Source: Chloroflexota bacterium (GTDB taxonomy: Bacteria > Chloroflexota > Dehalococcoidia > E44-bin15). From it: DNA of 64,000 bases. Each line of letters begins with the position of its first letter. The stretch's first letter is position 1. The stretch is taken from contig JAXHUE010000003.1 of the NCBI GenBank assembly GCA_034189655.1, forward strand, positions 35,969 to 99,968, written 5' to 3'. Position numbers and translations under genes: made by a program. Under the pieces are notes generated by a model, which searched no databases, had not been told where the DNA came from, and was given only the letters and a program-made list of their open reading frames with translations. Below, piece by piece: positions 36,526 to 46,355 of the stretch.

Positions 36526-38478
36526 CTACTTCGTTTCTCTTGCCTCCAGGAGCGCCTTCACCGAGGGGAAGCTGCCTATATCGGTGTGGGGCAGGAAGAG
36601 GGCGGCGGTGAACTGGTCCATGAAGGAGCCATCGGCGATGAGCTCCAGGTAGGTGAGCGTGTCCGCGACCTCCTCCCCCTTGGCCCGGGCGTACTTTGAG
36701 AGGAGGACGTTGTCGGCCCCCCAGGCCGAGGTGTTGCCCAGGAAGCGGAATCGCTCCCAGGGCAGGTCGGGGAGCAGCCCGATCTGGATGGACTGCTCCA
36801 CGTTGATGTGCTGTCCGAACGCGCCGCCGATGAGCACCTCCTCGACGTCGGAGAGGGGGATGCCGATGCTCTTGGCCATGATGGTGATGCCGGCATAGAT
36901 GGCGGCCTTGGCGCGGACGATGTTATCGATATCGACGCTGGTGAGCACTATGTCCTCGCCGCTGCCCGACTCCCGGGCCCAGGCCAGGACGAACTCCGGG
37001 CCGTGGTCTCCCCTGCGGGCGCGGCTCCGCTTTTTCCCCATCACCCCCTCCACGAAGGGGATGTTGATGCGGCCCGCCTTGTCGATGACGCCGGTGATGA
37101 GCATCTCGGCCAGTGCCGCTATCATCCCGGAGCCGCAGATGCCCAGGGGTGGGCCGCCGCCGATGACCTTGAGGGACGGCTCCAGCGTCGTGGAGCTGAT
37201 GGTGACGTTCTCGATGGCCCCGTCCACGGCGCGCATGCCGCAGCGCACCCCGGCCCCCTCGAAGGCGGGGCCGGCGCTACAGGCGCAGGTCACCATCCAG
37301 TCGCTGTTGCCCAGGGCTATCTCCCCGTTGGTGCCCACGTCGAGGAAGAGGGTGAGCTGCTCGGCCTGGAACATGCACGAGCTGAGCACCCCGGCGGTGA
37401 TGTCGCCGCCGACGTAGGCGGCGACGGCGGGTAGACAGTACACCCGTGCCTCGGGGTTAATGGCGATGCCGAGCTCGGTGGCGGTCGTCAGTGGGAAGTG
37501 GCTGGCGGTGGGGACGTAGGGCTCCTCGCGGATGTGGCGGGGATCGAGCCCCAGGAAGAGGTGTATCATGGTGGTGTTCCCCGCCACCGCCATGTCCTGG
37601 ATGTCGGTGGTGGCGAAGCCGTGCTGCCGTGCCAGCTCCTCCAGGAGCTCGTTCACGGTGCCCACCACCAGCCCCTGGAGCTCGGCCAGCCCCCCGCGGT
37701 GGCGCTCGGCGTAGATGATGCGCGAGATGACGTCCTCGCCTTTGACCACCTGCTTGTTGCGCTGCGACACGCGGCCCAGGGAGCGGCCGTTACGCAGGTC
37801 GAGGAGGTCGACCACCACGTTGGTGGTGCCGATGTCTACGGCCGCTGCGAGCAAGGGCCCCCGTGCCCGTCCCGGGCGCAGGTCTATTAAGCGGGCCGTC
37901 TCCCCCTCGAGGGCCAGGGTGGCGGTGACCCGCCACTGGGCCTGGCGCAGGGAGGCGGCAAGCCTCTGCATCAGGGGCAGCCCGACGTGGAACTCGTCGA
38001 TATCGGCCTTCTTCTTAAGCGCCATGCGCAGCCGCTCCAGGTCGGTGGCGTTGTCCTCCAGTGACGGCGGCGTGATATCCAGGTAGACCTGGCGCACCAG
38101 CGGGTAGTGCGGCCAGTCGCAGGATACAGAGAGGGCGGCCCGCTCCGCGGCCTCCTCGCTCACCACCCGCTCCCGCTCCTTGCGCGGGGGCACCGACACC
38201 GTGGCGTCCCCGCTCACCCTGGCGGTGCAGGAGAGCACCCAGCCCTCCTCGCGCTGCCCCGCGGTGAGGTGGGGATTGGGAGGCATGGAGACCTGGCCCT
38301 CCTCCACCCTCACGATGCAGCGCCCGCAGCGGCCCTGGCCGCCACAGGGGGTATCGATGGCCACCCCGGCGGCTACAGCGGCATCCAGGAGCAGGGCCCC
38401 GGCGGCGACCTGGGCGCTCTTCCCCTGCGGCCGGAAGGTGATGGTAGAGGTATTTCCGTCGGCGCTCAAAGGTGCCAT
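36526..38478 (-). CDS. Corrinoid activation/regeneration protein RACo (ASKHA-fold ATPase with N-terminal 2Fe-2S ferredoxin)
   Basis: N-terminal plant-type ferredoxin Cys pattern (CGGQGRCGRC...C). ASKHA/actin-like fold motifs (AVDIGTTNVV, DVGTNGEIAL). Confidence 0.7.
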   Translation of the reverse strand: MAPLSADGNTSTITFRPQGKSAQVAAGALLLDAAVAAGVAIDTPCGGQGRCGRCIVRVEEGQVSMPPNPHLTAGQREEGWVLSCTARVSGDATVSVPPRKERERVVSEEAAERAALSVSCDWPHYPLVRQVYLDITPPSLEDNATDLERLRMALKKKADIDEFHVGLPLMQRLAASLRQAQWRVTATLALEGETARLIDLRPGRARGPLLAAAVDIGTTNVVVDLLDLRNGRSLGRVSQRNKQVVKGEDVISRIIYAERHRGGLAELQGLVVGTVNELLEELARQHGFATTDIQDMAVAGNTTMIHLFLGLDPRHIREEPYVPTASHFPLTTATELGIAINPEARVYCLPAVAAYVGGDITAGVLSSCMFQAEQLTLFLDVGTNGEIALGNSDWMVTCACSAGPAFEGAGVRCGMRAVDGAIENVTISSTTLEPSLKVIGGGPPLGICGSGMIAALAEMLITGVIDKAGRINIPFVEGVMGKKRSRARRGDHGPEFVLAWARESGSGEDIVLTSVDIDNIVRAKAAIYAGITIMAKSIGIPLSDVEEVLIGGAFGQHINVEQSIQIGLLPDLPWERFRFLGNTSAWGADNVLLSKYARAKGEEVADTLTYLELIADGSFMDQFTAALFLPHTDIGSFPSVKALLEARETK

Positions 38479-38619
38479 CTCCTGTACAGGCCCGGCCCCG
38501 CGGCGGAAGACAGACGCCCCCTCACGTCATCGACATCGAAGAGGTGCCTGCGCAGCGAGGGCCCAGGCACATATGCCCGGGCCCATGCCTTTACCCACCC
38601 GGTGCCGTGCCGGCGGGCG

Positions 38620-39975
38620 CTAGTTGGTCCACTGCTGCTTGAGATAGCCACCCACGTCCACCGCCTCGCGGGGGCCTACCATGACCGTCCAGTCGGGGAG
38701 TTCCTCCTCGAGCTCTCCCCTGAGCACGGCGACGTGCCCGGGGAGGATGACCTTCTTGTGGCTCACGCTCTCGGCCACGTTGAACTCCTTGACCGTCTTG
38801 GCGATCTTCTCGGCGTCGAACTTGCCGGCGGCCCACGCCGTGAGCACGGAGAGGCCCTCGGTATCGCACACCAGGAGCCACGAGGGGAAGCCGCTGGACT
38901 CGAGCTCGCCGGCGATGGAGAAGTAGGTGAGAGAGAAGTTGGTGGTGACGCACAGCGGGCTGGTAGCCTTGGGGGTGCCTATCTCGTACATCCCTGGCGA
39001 GAGCTGGATGGGCTTCTGCGGGTCGGTGTAGATGTTCAGGCGCAGCGTGAGCAGCGGATATACCATGGCCGGGGAGAAGTGGTCGAGCACGATGAGGCTG
39101 GCGTACTTGGATATCTGCTGCCCGGCGAGGACGGCCTCATCCTCCTCCGTGGAGGTGGCCTCACCGGGGAAGGCGATGATGGGGAACCCCAGTGGCTGGA
39201 AGCTCTTCTTGAGCGCCATGCGCCTGATCTGGGTCAGCGTAGAGAGAGACTCTCCGAAGTCGCGGGCGCCGGGGTCGAGGACGATGTCTTCCACACCCTT
39301 GTCCATGACCTGCTCGGTGAGCGCGGCCAGCTCATCGAGGCCCCCGGCCTCACTGACCGCCAGCGGGCACTTGAACTGGGTGGCCAGCCCCGCCATCTGC
39401 TCCCAGTTCTCCTTGGTGGCGGTGTAGATGAGCGGCCTTGTCTGGCTATCGGCCTTGGCCAGGGCCTGCTCCATGGCCGTGGGATTGCTTGACATAAGGA
39501 TTAAGGGCAGCTTGGTCTTGGCCCGCACCGCCGCCACGCACGCGGCAAAGGTGGCGGCATCGCCGGAGGCGTTCTCGATGGCGAAGCCGTCCATGGAGAT
39601 CTCGAGCCCCACGCGCTCCACGTTGTAGCCGGCGACGGCATCGACGCGGCTGGCGATGGCATCGGCGGGGTCGGAGTCCTTCAAGCGCACCACGATCCCG
39701 GGCTGGTGGTAGAAGGTCTTCTCGTGGCGGAACATGACCACCTCGTTGCCCACCTCTATCTTCTTATCGTCTCCACCGACGGTGACCAGGCGGATGGGGG
39801 GCCGGGAGGCCGCCTCCAGGGCCTGCGTGGCCTCTTCGGTGACGTAGGGGCACTGCGCCAGCTCCACGCTCTTGGCCGCCAGCTTCATGGCGAAGGCGAG
39901 GCAGGTGGGGAAGCCGCACTCCTTGCAGTTGGTCTTGGGGAGGTACTTGTATATCTCTATTCCGGTAAGTGCCAT
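38620..39975 (-). CDS. acsC: Corrinoid iron-sulfur protein large subunit (AcsC/CdhE, 4Fe-4S + TIM barrel + B12-binding)
   Basis: N-terminal CxxCxxxxC...C ([4Fe-4S]: KTNCKECGFPTCLAFAMKLA...CPY). ~450 aa. Confidence 0.8.
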   Translation of the reverse strand: MALTGIEIYKYLPKTNCKECGFPTCLAFAMKLAAKSVELAQCPYVTEEATQALEAASRPPIRLVTVGGDDKKIEVGNEVVMFRHEKTFYHQPGIVVRLKDSDPADAIASRVDAVAGYNVERVGLEISMDGFAIENASGDAATFAACVAAVRAKTKLPLILMSSNPTAMEQALAKADSQTRPLIYTATKENWEQMAGLATQFKCPLAVSEAGGLDELAALTEQVMDKGVEDIVLDPGARDFGESLSTLTQIRRMALKKSFQPLGFPIIAFPGEATSTEEDEAVLAGQQISKYASLIVLDHFSPAMVYPLLTLRLNIYTDPQKPIQLSPGMYEIGTPKATSPLCVTTNFSLTYFSIAGELESSGFPSWLLVCDTEGLSVLTAWAAGKFDAEKIAKTVKEFNVAESVSHKKVILPGHVAVLRGELEEELPDWTVMVGPREAVDVGGYLKQQWTN

Positions 39976-39990
39976 TTCGTGCTCCCTCCT

Positions 39991-40956
39991 CTACCGGGCA
40001 CTCTGGCCCATGAGATTATCGAGTACCGCTTTGGTGCTCTCCACTGTCCTGGGGTGGCGTAGTACCACGATATCGGCGCCGGAGTAGAGCAACTGGGTGG
40101 CGGTGATCTTCTCCCACAGCAGCGACCGCTCATCGTTGTCGCCCCATGTATCGGGCACGCCCTCGACGACCTTGGACTCCTTCTGTCGCCACGACTCCTC
40201 GCCCACGTTGCAGATCATGGGCATCGCCGTCATGTTGTCGCCGCCCAGCGCCGAGAGGCGTAGCCGCTCCATCACTGAGTAGGTGTACTCCAGGCCATAG
40301 CCCAGGCTCCCCGTCGTCGGGTCCATGAGGATGGAGTTAGGGGTCAGGCCGACATCGCAGAGCAGGACGTTTAACTGCTTGGCCAGATTGATCTCGATGG
40401 GGCTCTTGGCGATGGCTACGTGGCCGTCGGCGATGCAGGCCGCGGCAATGGTGCGGTGGTTCTTCTCTAAGCAGCTGCCCAGGGCGATACGCTGCCCCCT
40501 GGCCGCGTCCGAGGCTGCCACCAGCACCTCGTTGTCCTTCTCTGCCACCTCGGGCCCGATGACGATTACCGGGATGTCCACTGCCGAGAGCACCTTCTCC
40601 ACGCTCTTCTTGGCATCGTCGGCGCTGGTGTTGCCCTCCTCGGGGTGGGCACTTCTCAGGTACAGCGCGACGATATCGGCACCGAACTCAACCGCCTTCT
40701 TGGCCCAGGCCCCGGGGTCGCCAAGGCAATCGCCCCACACCGAGACCAGGGAGGGCGGCCAGTCATTGGGCTCGCGGTCCTGTACCTCGATGGCGACCAG
40801 CGGCCTGTGGGGCATCTGGCCCTCGAAGTGGAGGAAGGGCAGGGTGGACGCGCCGCCTAAGACTACGCTCTTCCTACCGTTCCCTCCCAGGGTCACCTCA
40901 TGCACCTTGCCGGTCCACTTCTCAATGGGCACTTCCACTGTGGACATAGCGGTCAC
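39991..40956 (-). CDS. acsD: Corrinoid iron-sulfur protein small subunit (AcsD/CdhD)
   Basis: TIM-barrel DHPS-like fold protein of ~320 aa, positioned between acsB and acsC as in canonical acs operons. Confidence 0.7.
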   Translation of the reverse strand: MTAMSTVEVPIEKWTGKVHEVTLGGNGRKSVVLGGASTLPFLHFEGQMPHRPLVAIEVQDREPNDWPPSLVSVWGDCLGDPGAWAKKAVEFGADIVALYLRSAHPEEGNTSADDAKKSVEKVLSAVDIPVIVIGPEVAEKDNEVLVAASDAARGQRIALGSCLEKNHRTIAAACIADGHVAIAKSPIEINLAKQLNVLLCDVGLTPNSILMDPTTGSLGYGLEYTYSVMERLRLSALGGDNMTAMPMICNVGEESWRQKESKVVEGVPDTWGDNDERSLLWEKITATQLLYSGADIVVLRHPRTVESTKAVLDNLMGQSAR

Positions 40957-41038
40957 TCCTTTCTAAAGACCTGTCATAAAACAAGGGCCGAGGAACGACC
41001 CTTGTCTATGGGTGTTTCCTCCGGGCGACGGCCCGTGT

Positions 41039-43264
41039 TTACATAATAGGCTCCATGGTGAGGGCGGGGTGCCCCTTCTCCTCGAGGAAGGGGAGCATCT
41101 CCTCTACCGTGGTGGCGACGGTGCCGTCGGCCATCTTATCGATGAGGTCGGGAACGCCCTCGCGTTCGCAGGCCGCCTGGATCTCCTCTGCGAACTCCTC
41201 CTTGACGTTCTTGGAGAGCCACACCACCCGCTTGATGCCGCCCTCTACCGGGATGAACTTCTTGGAGGTGACGTAGAGCTTGCTGTGTCCCATCATGCCC
41301 GGCGTCTGCAGGCCGCCTCCCACCATGCCCATGAGCGTGGTGAAGGTCATGCCGCAGGGGGTCATGCTGTAGTCGTCGCGGGACACGATCATGACCCCGT
41401 TGGCCTCGGGGATGACCACCATGACGCACTCGCAGCAGCCGCAGGTGGTGAGCGGGGCGTCCATGAGCGAGTAGATGGTGAAGCGATCTATGGACCGGTT
41501 AGAGTTCTCGTAGACGAACTGGTTCACCCCTTCCCACTCTCCCAGATGCTCGCTTATGATCTTGCCCTTGGCCACTGGCTGGTTGGGGCCGGTGGGCTTA
41601 ATCTCGTACGCGGCGCGGCAGTCCAACCAGGAGTAGGCCCCGCACAGCCCGGTGCGCTCCGGGTTGATGACGCACACGTGGTTGGGGGCGAAGGACTGGC
41701 ACAGGGTGCAGCTGTAGTAGGTGTCTACAGCCTCGTCGGTTAAGCCCTGGATCCGCGCCTCGCGCTCCCGGAAGATGTGGCGTGCCTGCTCCATGAGCTC
41801 GTTTACCTTGTCGAGATCGGTGTAGAGCGTGATCTGCACCTTGTCCACGATGGCGCCGAAGTCGTTGTGCAGGTTGGCGTGGAGGATGCTGCCCAGGTGC
41901 TGGATGGTGAAGCCGCGCTGCACCGCGCCCTTGGAGAAGCGGATCCAGGTGATGTCGCGCTGCCCGATGTGCTGGATCCCCTCGGCGCCGTTGATGAAGT
42001 GGTGTATCTGGCGCTCCAGGACGGGCTCGAAGTCCTTCTGCATCTTGCGCCCGGCCACGTGGACCACTATGCCCAGGGGCAGCTTGCCCCCTTCCGCCAC
42101 GGTGTCGATGTCGGGCCCCACCAGGGTGATCTTGCCGTCCTCTACCTCGTCCATGTCCTTCTGGGTGAGCCACTCGAAGCACACGCCGCCCTTGCCGCCG
42201 AACTCCACCTGGAGGCTGTCCTTGCGCACTACCTCGCCCTCGAAGGCGGGGCCGTAGGCCACCGGGATGGGCACCTTGGCGATCTTGACCTTGATGCCGC
42301 GCACCTCGATGCAGCGCTGCACTAGCCTCTCGGCGCGCTCCATATCGTCGGCGCCGGGGATATCGTCGAAGGGCATGCTCACCACGTGCTCGTACCTGGT
42401 GACGCCGGTGGGCAGGATGTTGGGTATGGTGGTGTCGGCAATGACCGGGAAGCCGTAGTTGATGGCCCCGGCGGCGGCGGCGTACTTCAGGTCGTCGACC
42501 GGCCCCAGGGCCAGGACGAAGGCAAAGCAGCGGAACTTGTTGTAGAGCAGGTTGGCCCGTGCGTCGCCCGGCTTGAAGCCGCCGAAGCTGATGGCGGCCC
42601 TGGTGGCGTAGCCCAAGGCGTATATCGCCGAGATGGTATCGGAGCCGAAGGGCACGGTGAAGGTGTTGTAGCCCAGCTCCACGCCCTCCTCCAGCAACTG
42701 GTCGACGATGCTGCGGCCGCCGCTGTTCGCAGAGGAGAGAAAGACGAGCTGGCCCTTTGACTGCAGCTCGCGCACTATCTTGACCGCGACCTCGTTGCTC
42801 TTGGCGGCGCCGACCAGTGCGGCGAACCCGGGCATGCTGCCGTCGACCATCTGGATGCCCCAGGCGCGCATCTGCACGTCGTCAATGGGCCCGTTGAAGG
42901 TAAAGCCGTTGCGCGCTTCGGGCTGTTCCCCCCTGGCAAAACGAACGCCCTCGATGGTCTCGAAGGCGTAGAGGGTAGCCATGCCGGCGTCGAGCGTCTC
43001 TCCGAGGTAGGGCAGCCACAGGTTCTCACTGGGCACCGGTGGCAGCAGGCTCCTGGCGTGCTCCAGGGGCCATGTCAGGTCGCCGATCTTCTCTACCTTG
43101 TGGCCAGTGAGCCCGTAGATGACCGGCAGGTAGTATGCGGTATGGGGGAAAGCGACAGGGGTATCAGGTCCAATAGTCTCCAGGGCGTCCTTCAACACCC
43201 TGTCTGCTTCGTCGACTGCGGCGTGGGCACCCCGTATCGCTGAGGTGGCAATAAATCTCGACAT
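41039..43264 (-). CDS. acsB: Acetyl-CoA synthase catalytic subunit (A-cluster protein AcsB/CdhC)
   Basis: 741 aa with the A-cluster Cys motifs (CGCCEC in ...TTCGCCECVM..., plus upstream CTLCQSF...C). AcsB length and organisation. Confidence 0.85.
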   Translation of the reverse strand: MSRFIATSAIRGAHAAVDEADRVLKDALETIGPDTPVAFPHTAYYLPVIYGLTGHKVEKIGDLTWPLEHARSLLPPVPSENLWLPYLGETLDAGMATLYAFETIEGVRFARGEQPEARNGFTFNGPIDDVQMRAWGIQMVDGSMPGFAALVGAAKSNEVAVKIVRELQSKGQLVFLSSANSGGRSIVDQLLEEGVELGYNTFTVPFGSDTISAIYALGYATRAAISFGGFKPGDARANLLYNKFRCFAFVLALGPVDDLKYAAAAGAINYGFPVIADTTIPNILPTGVTRYEHVVSMPFDDIPGADDMERAERLVQRCIEVRGIKVKIAKVPIPVAYGPAFEGEVVRKDSLQVEFGGKGGVCFEWLTQKDMDEVEDGKITLVGPDIDTVAEGGKLPLGIVVHVAGRKMQKDFEPVLERQIHHFINGAEGIQHIGQRDITWIRFSKGAVQRGFTIQHLGSILHANLHNDFGAIVDKVQITLYTDLDKVNELMEQARHIFREREARIQGLTDEAVDTYYSCTLCQSFAPNHVCVINPERTGLCGAYSWLDCRAAYEIKPTGPNQPVAKGKIISEHLGEWEGVNQFVYENSNRSIDRFTIYSLMDAPLTTCGCCECVMVVIPEANGVMIVSRDDYSMTPCGMTFTTLMGMVGGGLQTPGMMGHSKLYVTSKKFIPVEGGIKRVVWLSKNVKEEFAEEIQAACEREGVPDLIDKMADGTVATTVEEMLPFLEEKGHPALTMEPIM

Positions 43265-43290
43265 TCCTTCCGCCTCCTAATTTGCGAATG

Positions 43291-43794
43291 CTAATACTTT
43301 CGGAAGTCTCCTGACATAGGGGCATCGATGGGGTTAGTCTCCAGCATACGTTCCGCCACCTCGAAGGTGGGGTTGGTCGTCGCCGGCTCGTTCCACGGCG
43401 ACGCTGGCAGGGAATCGACCCCTCTCATGATATCCCTGGCCTGGGCCAGACGCGATTCATCGGCGTGGACGCTTAGCAAGATGCCGCCCACTGAGACACT
43501 GAAATCGTAGTAGAGAATGGCCTCCTCGGGGAGCCCCAGCAGGCCGCCTAAGGCCAGGGCAGTCTCAGCTTCGTCGCCCTTGGGCAGGGATGTGGCCATG
43601 GCACCCAGGGCCACGGCGCTTCCCGCTTCGGGCAGTTGCACCTTTGTGGGGTTGGTGCCGAAGCCCTCTGCCCTCTTCGCCTCGTGGACCAGGACGCCGA
43701 TCTCATCGGCCTTGAAGCCATTCGCCTGTAGCTCCTCCACCGCCCTCTTGGCTACCAGGGGGTCTTTATAGAGCCTCGCGTGTGCCTTTGGCAT
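43291..43794 (-). CDS. YflT/general-stress-protein-17M-like domain protein
   Basis: ATG 43794 after GGAGGG. Gly/Ala-rich amphipathic central segment typical of YflT domain. Low confidence on family. Confidence 0.35.
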   Translation of the reverse strand: MPKAHARLYKDPLVAKRAVEELQANGFKADEIGVLVHEAKRAEGFGTNPTKVQLPEAGSAVALGAMATSLPKGDEAETALALGGLLGLPEEAILYYDFSVSVGGILLSVHADESRLAQARDIMRGVDSLPASPWNEPATTNPTFEVAERMLETNPIDAPMSGDFRKY

Positions 43795-44034
43795 CGAGCC
43801 CTCCTTTCTCACGGTCAGAGATAAATAGAGCACCTCTTACCAGAGCGAGCCTTTACGCTCCGGGCAGAGGCGCACCGATTCGAGGAACACTAATGGCAGC
43901 CATGGTGAGCGTAGTTTCCTGGACTTATTTTATCATGCACAGGTAACCCACGTCAAGGATGGATGCGGCGCGCGGGGGCGGTAGCAGACCCCTCGGCAGG
44001 GCAGGGCAGGGCCGCGATGGGGCTGGAAAAGAGT

Positions 44035-44377
44035 TGGTGGAGACGGGGGAGAGTCGAACTCCCCGTCCAGAGGGGGCACAATCAGGATATGCTACAGGCT
44101 TAGTCGGCTCCTCGCTCTTGCCTGGCCGTCCTCTGCCGACCGAGCCGCGGCCAGACCAGCCGATTGTTCTTATTCAGCCCTTACCGGCGTGGGGGCTGCT
44201 GCACCTCGACTTCGCTCACCTATCCCGCCCATCGAGGGAGGCGAGGGGGTGTGTCTGCCTTTCTTATGAGGCGTAGACGTAGTTGTCGGTTATTTTTTGC
44301 CACTTGTTTAGCGAGGTGAGTGGCACCTCGGCCTGCAATCCTGTCACGCTCCTCCCCTGTCGAAACCACTCGTCCCC
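44035..44377 (-). ncRNA. ssrA: tmRNA (ssrA), ~343 nt, encoded CCA end
   Basis: Minus-strand 5' end GGGGACGAGUGGUUUCGACAGGGG and 3' end GGGGAGUUCGACUCUCCCCCGUCUCCACCA (T-arm plus CCA). Acceptor stem 7 bp with the G3-U wobble characteristic of tRNA-Ala-like tmRNA. Immediately downstream of smpB on the same strand. Confidence 0.85.
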
Positions 44378-44422
44378 ACGTTTTCCTTCCTCGCCATGGG
44401 GCTATGCCCCGACAGACGCCTT

Positions 44423-44878
44423 CTATCTCTTGGCCCGCTTCACCACGCGCTCCATGTGGCGCTCCGCCTCCCGCCTGGCGATGGTGTGGCGCTTGTCGTG
44501 GAGCTTCTTCCCCCTTGCCAGGCCCAGCTCTACCTTGGCCACGCCGTTCTTGATGTAGAGCTTCAAGGGCACCAGGGTGAAGCCCTTGGCCCTCACCTTG
44601 ATGGTGAGCTCGTCCAGCTCTCTGCGGTGGAGCAAGAGCTTCCGGGGGCGTGTTGGCTCGTGGTTGTAGCGGTTGCCGCCCTCGTAGCGGGCGATATGTG
44701 CATTGTACAGCCACAGCTCGCCGCCCTGGGGGTGGGCGTAGGCCTCGCGGATATTCACCTTCCCGGCGCGGACCGACTTTATCTCGGTGCCAGTGAGGAC
44801 CAGCCCAGCCTCGATGCTCTGGCTGATTTCGTAGTCGTGGTGGGCCTTTCGGTTGATGGCGATGGTCTTTGCTGTCAC
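44423..44878 (-). CDS. smpB: SsrA-binding protein SmpB
   Basis: 151 aa, IAINRKAHHDYEI...GTEIKS... consensus. Confidence 0.95.
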   Translation of the reverse strand: MTAKTIAINRKAHHDYEISQSIEAGLVLTGTEIKSVRAGKVNIREAYAHPQGGELWLYNAHIARYEGGNRYNHEPTRPRKLLLHRRELDELTIKVRAKGFTLVPLKLYIKNGVAKVELGLARGKKLHDKRHTIARREAERHMERVVKRAKR

Positions 44879-44921
44879 AGCCGATTATAGCACAGGGGGC
44901 GCCTGTTTTCAATCGAGGAGG

Positions 44922-46097
44922 TCACAGAGACTCCAGGTAGTCGATGGCGAACTCCAGTTGCGTGTCGGTGCCGCTCGCCCAATCCTCGTCGGTGATCTCG
45001 ACCGTGAAGTCCGGGGTGAGCCCCTCTCCCTCGATGAGGCGCATGGAGGGGGTGAGCCAGCGGGCGGTGGTTACGTAGACAGCGGAGCCGTCGCTCAGCT
45101 TGTCCACCACGTTCACGCTGCCCTTGCCGTAGGTGGTGGTGCCGACGAGCACGGCGCGTCCCCGGTCCTGGAGCGCCCCGGCCAGGACCTCGCTGCCGCT
45201 GGCGCTGGCCTCGTTGACCAGGACGGCCACGGGTATATCGGTGGCCAGCCCGCCGCGCCGCGCCGACCAGGTCTGCACCCTGCCGTCGCCGTGCTGCTCG
45301 TAGAGGACGGGGCCGCCGTCGAGGAAGTGGCTGGCCACCTCTACCACGGCGGAGAGCAGGCCCCCCGGGTTATTCCTCACGTCGAGGATGAGGGCGGTGG
45401 CGCCCTCGTCGATGGCCTGGGAGATGGCGCTCTGGGCCTCTCCGGCGGTGCGCTCCGAGAAGTAGGTGATGTGGATGTAGGCGATGTCGCCGGGGAGCAT
45501 CTCCAGGTAGACGCTGTCGAGCTCGATCTCGGCGCGCACGATCTCGATGGTCACCGGGGCGTCGGCCCCCTGGTGCTGTACGAGGAGGGTCACCGTGGTG
45601 CCCTGGGGCCCCCTGATGCGGAGCACGGCCTCGGCGAGGCTTATGTCAGAGGTGGCCTCGCCGTCAATCTCCAGGATGACATCGCCGGCCTCGAGCCCCT
45701 GCTGCTCGGCGGGGCTGCCGGCGATAGGGGAGACCACGGTGAGCTGGCCATCATCCATGGTGACCACGGCGCCGACACCCTCGAAGGAGCCCTCGAAGGA
45801 GGCCTGGTCCAGCTCGTAGGTCTCGGCGTCCAGGTAGGAGGTATAGGGGTCATCGAGGGCCTCGAGCATCCCCTCGATGGCGCCCTGGGCCAGCGTATCC
45901 GCGTCGAGGGCGCTCTTATCGACATAATCTCGCTGCAGGTAGGTCCACGTCTCCCACAGGGCGTCGAACCCCTCTGGGAGGTCGGGGGGTGCCGATTGAT
46001 AGGAGAAGAGGAAGCCGGCCCCGAAGGCGAGGGCAACCAGGATGAGGACGAAGAGCGGGAGCAGTAACCTGTTCTCATTCATGGCGCGACGGTACAC
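44922..46097 (-). CDS. ctpA: S41 family C-terminal processing peptidase (tail-specific protease, PDZ-containing)
   Basis: N-terminal TM anchor, PDZ (GDVILEIDG), S41 catalytic region (TYGKGS ... Ser-Lys dyad context). Confidence 0.85.
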   Translation of the reverse strand: MYRRAMNENRLLLPLFVLILVALAFGAGFLFSYQSAPPDLPEGFDALWETWTYLQRDYVDKSALDADTLAQGAIEGMLEALDDPYTSYLDAETYELDQASFEGSFEGVGAVVTMDDGQLTVVSPIAGSPAEQQGLEAGDVILEIDGEATSDISLAEAVLRIRGPQGTTVTLLVQHQGADAPVTIEIVRAEIELDSVYLEMLPGDIAYIHITYFSERTAGEAQSAISQAIDEGATALILDVRNNPGGLLSAVVEVASHFLDGGPVLYEQHGDGRVQTWSARRGGLATDIPVAVLVNEASASGSEVLAGALQDRGRAVLVGTTTYGKGSVNVVDKLSDGSAVYVTTARWLTPSMRLIEGEGLTPDFTVEITDEDWASGTDTQLEFAIDYLESL

Positions 46098-46355
46098 ATG
46101 GCAGTTAAGGCACTATACCACAGAACGGGGCCGGTGGACAATGATGGGTGCCGGGCAAATGGAGGGGCTTTCGCGCTCGTGGTCTCCAGGGCTGCGGTGA
46201 ATATTTATGTAAAGTACAGGCAAGGGGGCACGCAATAATGTGACATAATGGATATTGTGCGTACATGGGAGACACAATACTCTACATAATGTTCGTCTTG
46301 AACAGCAGGACACGCCTTTTCGACCCTGGCGCTCCATGCACGGGTGGAAAGACGG

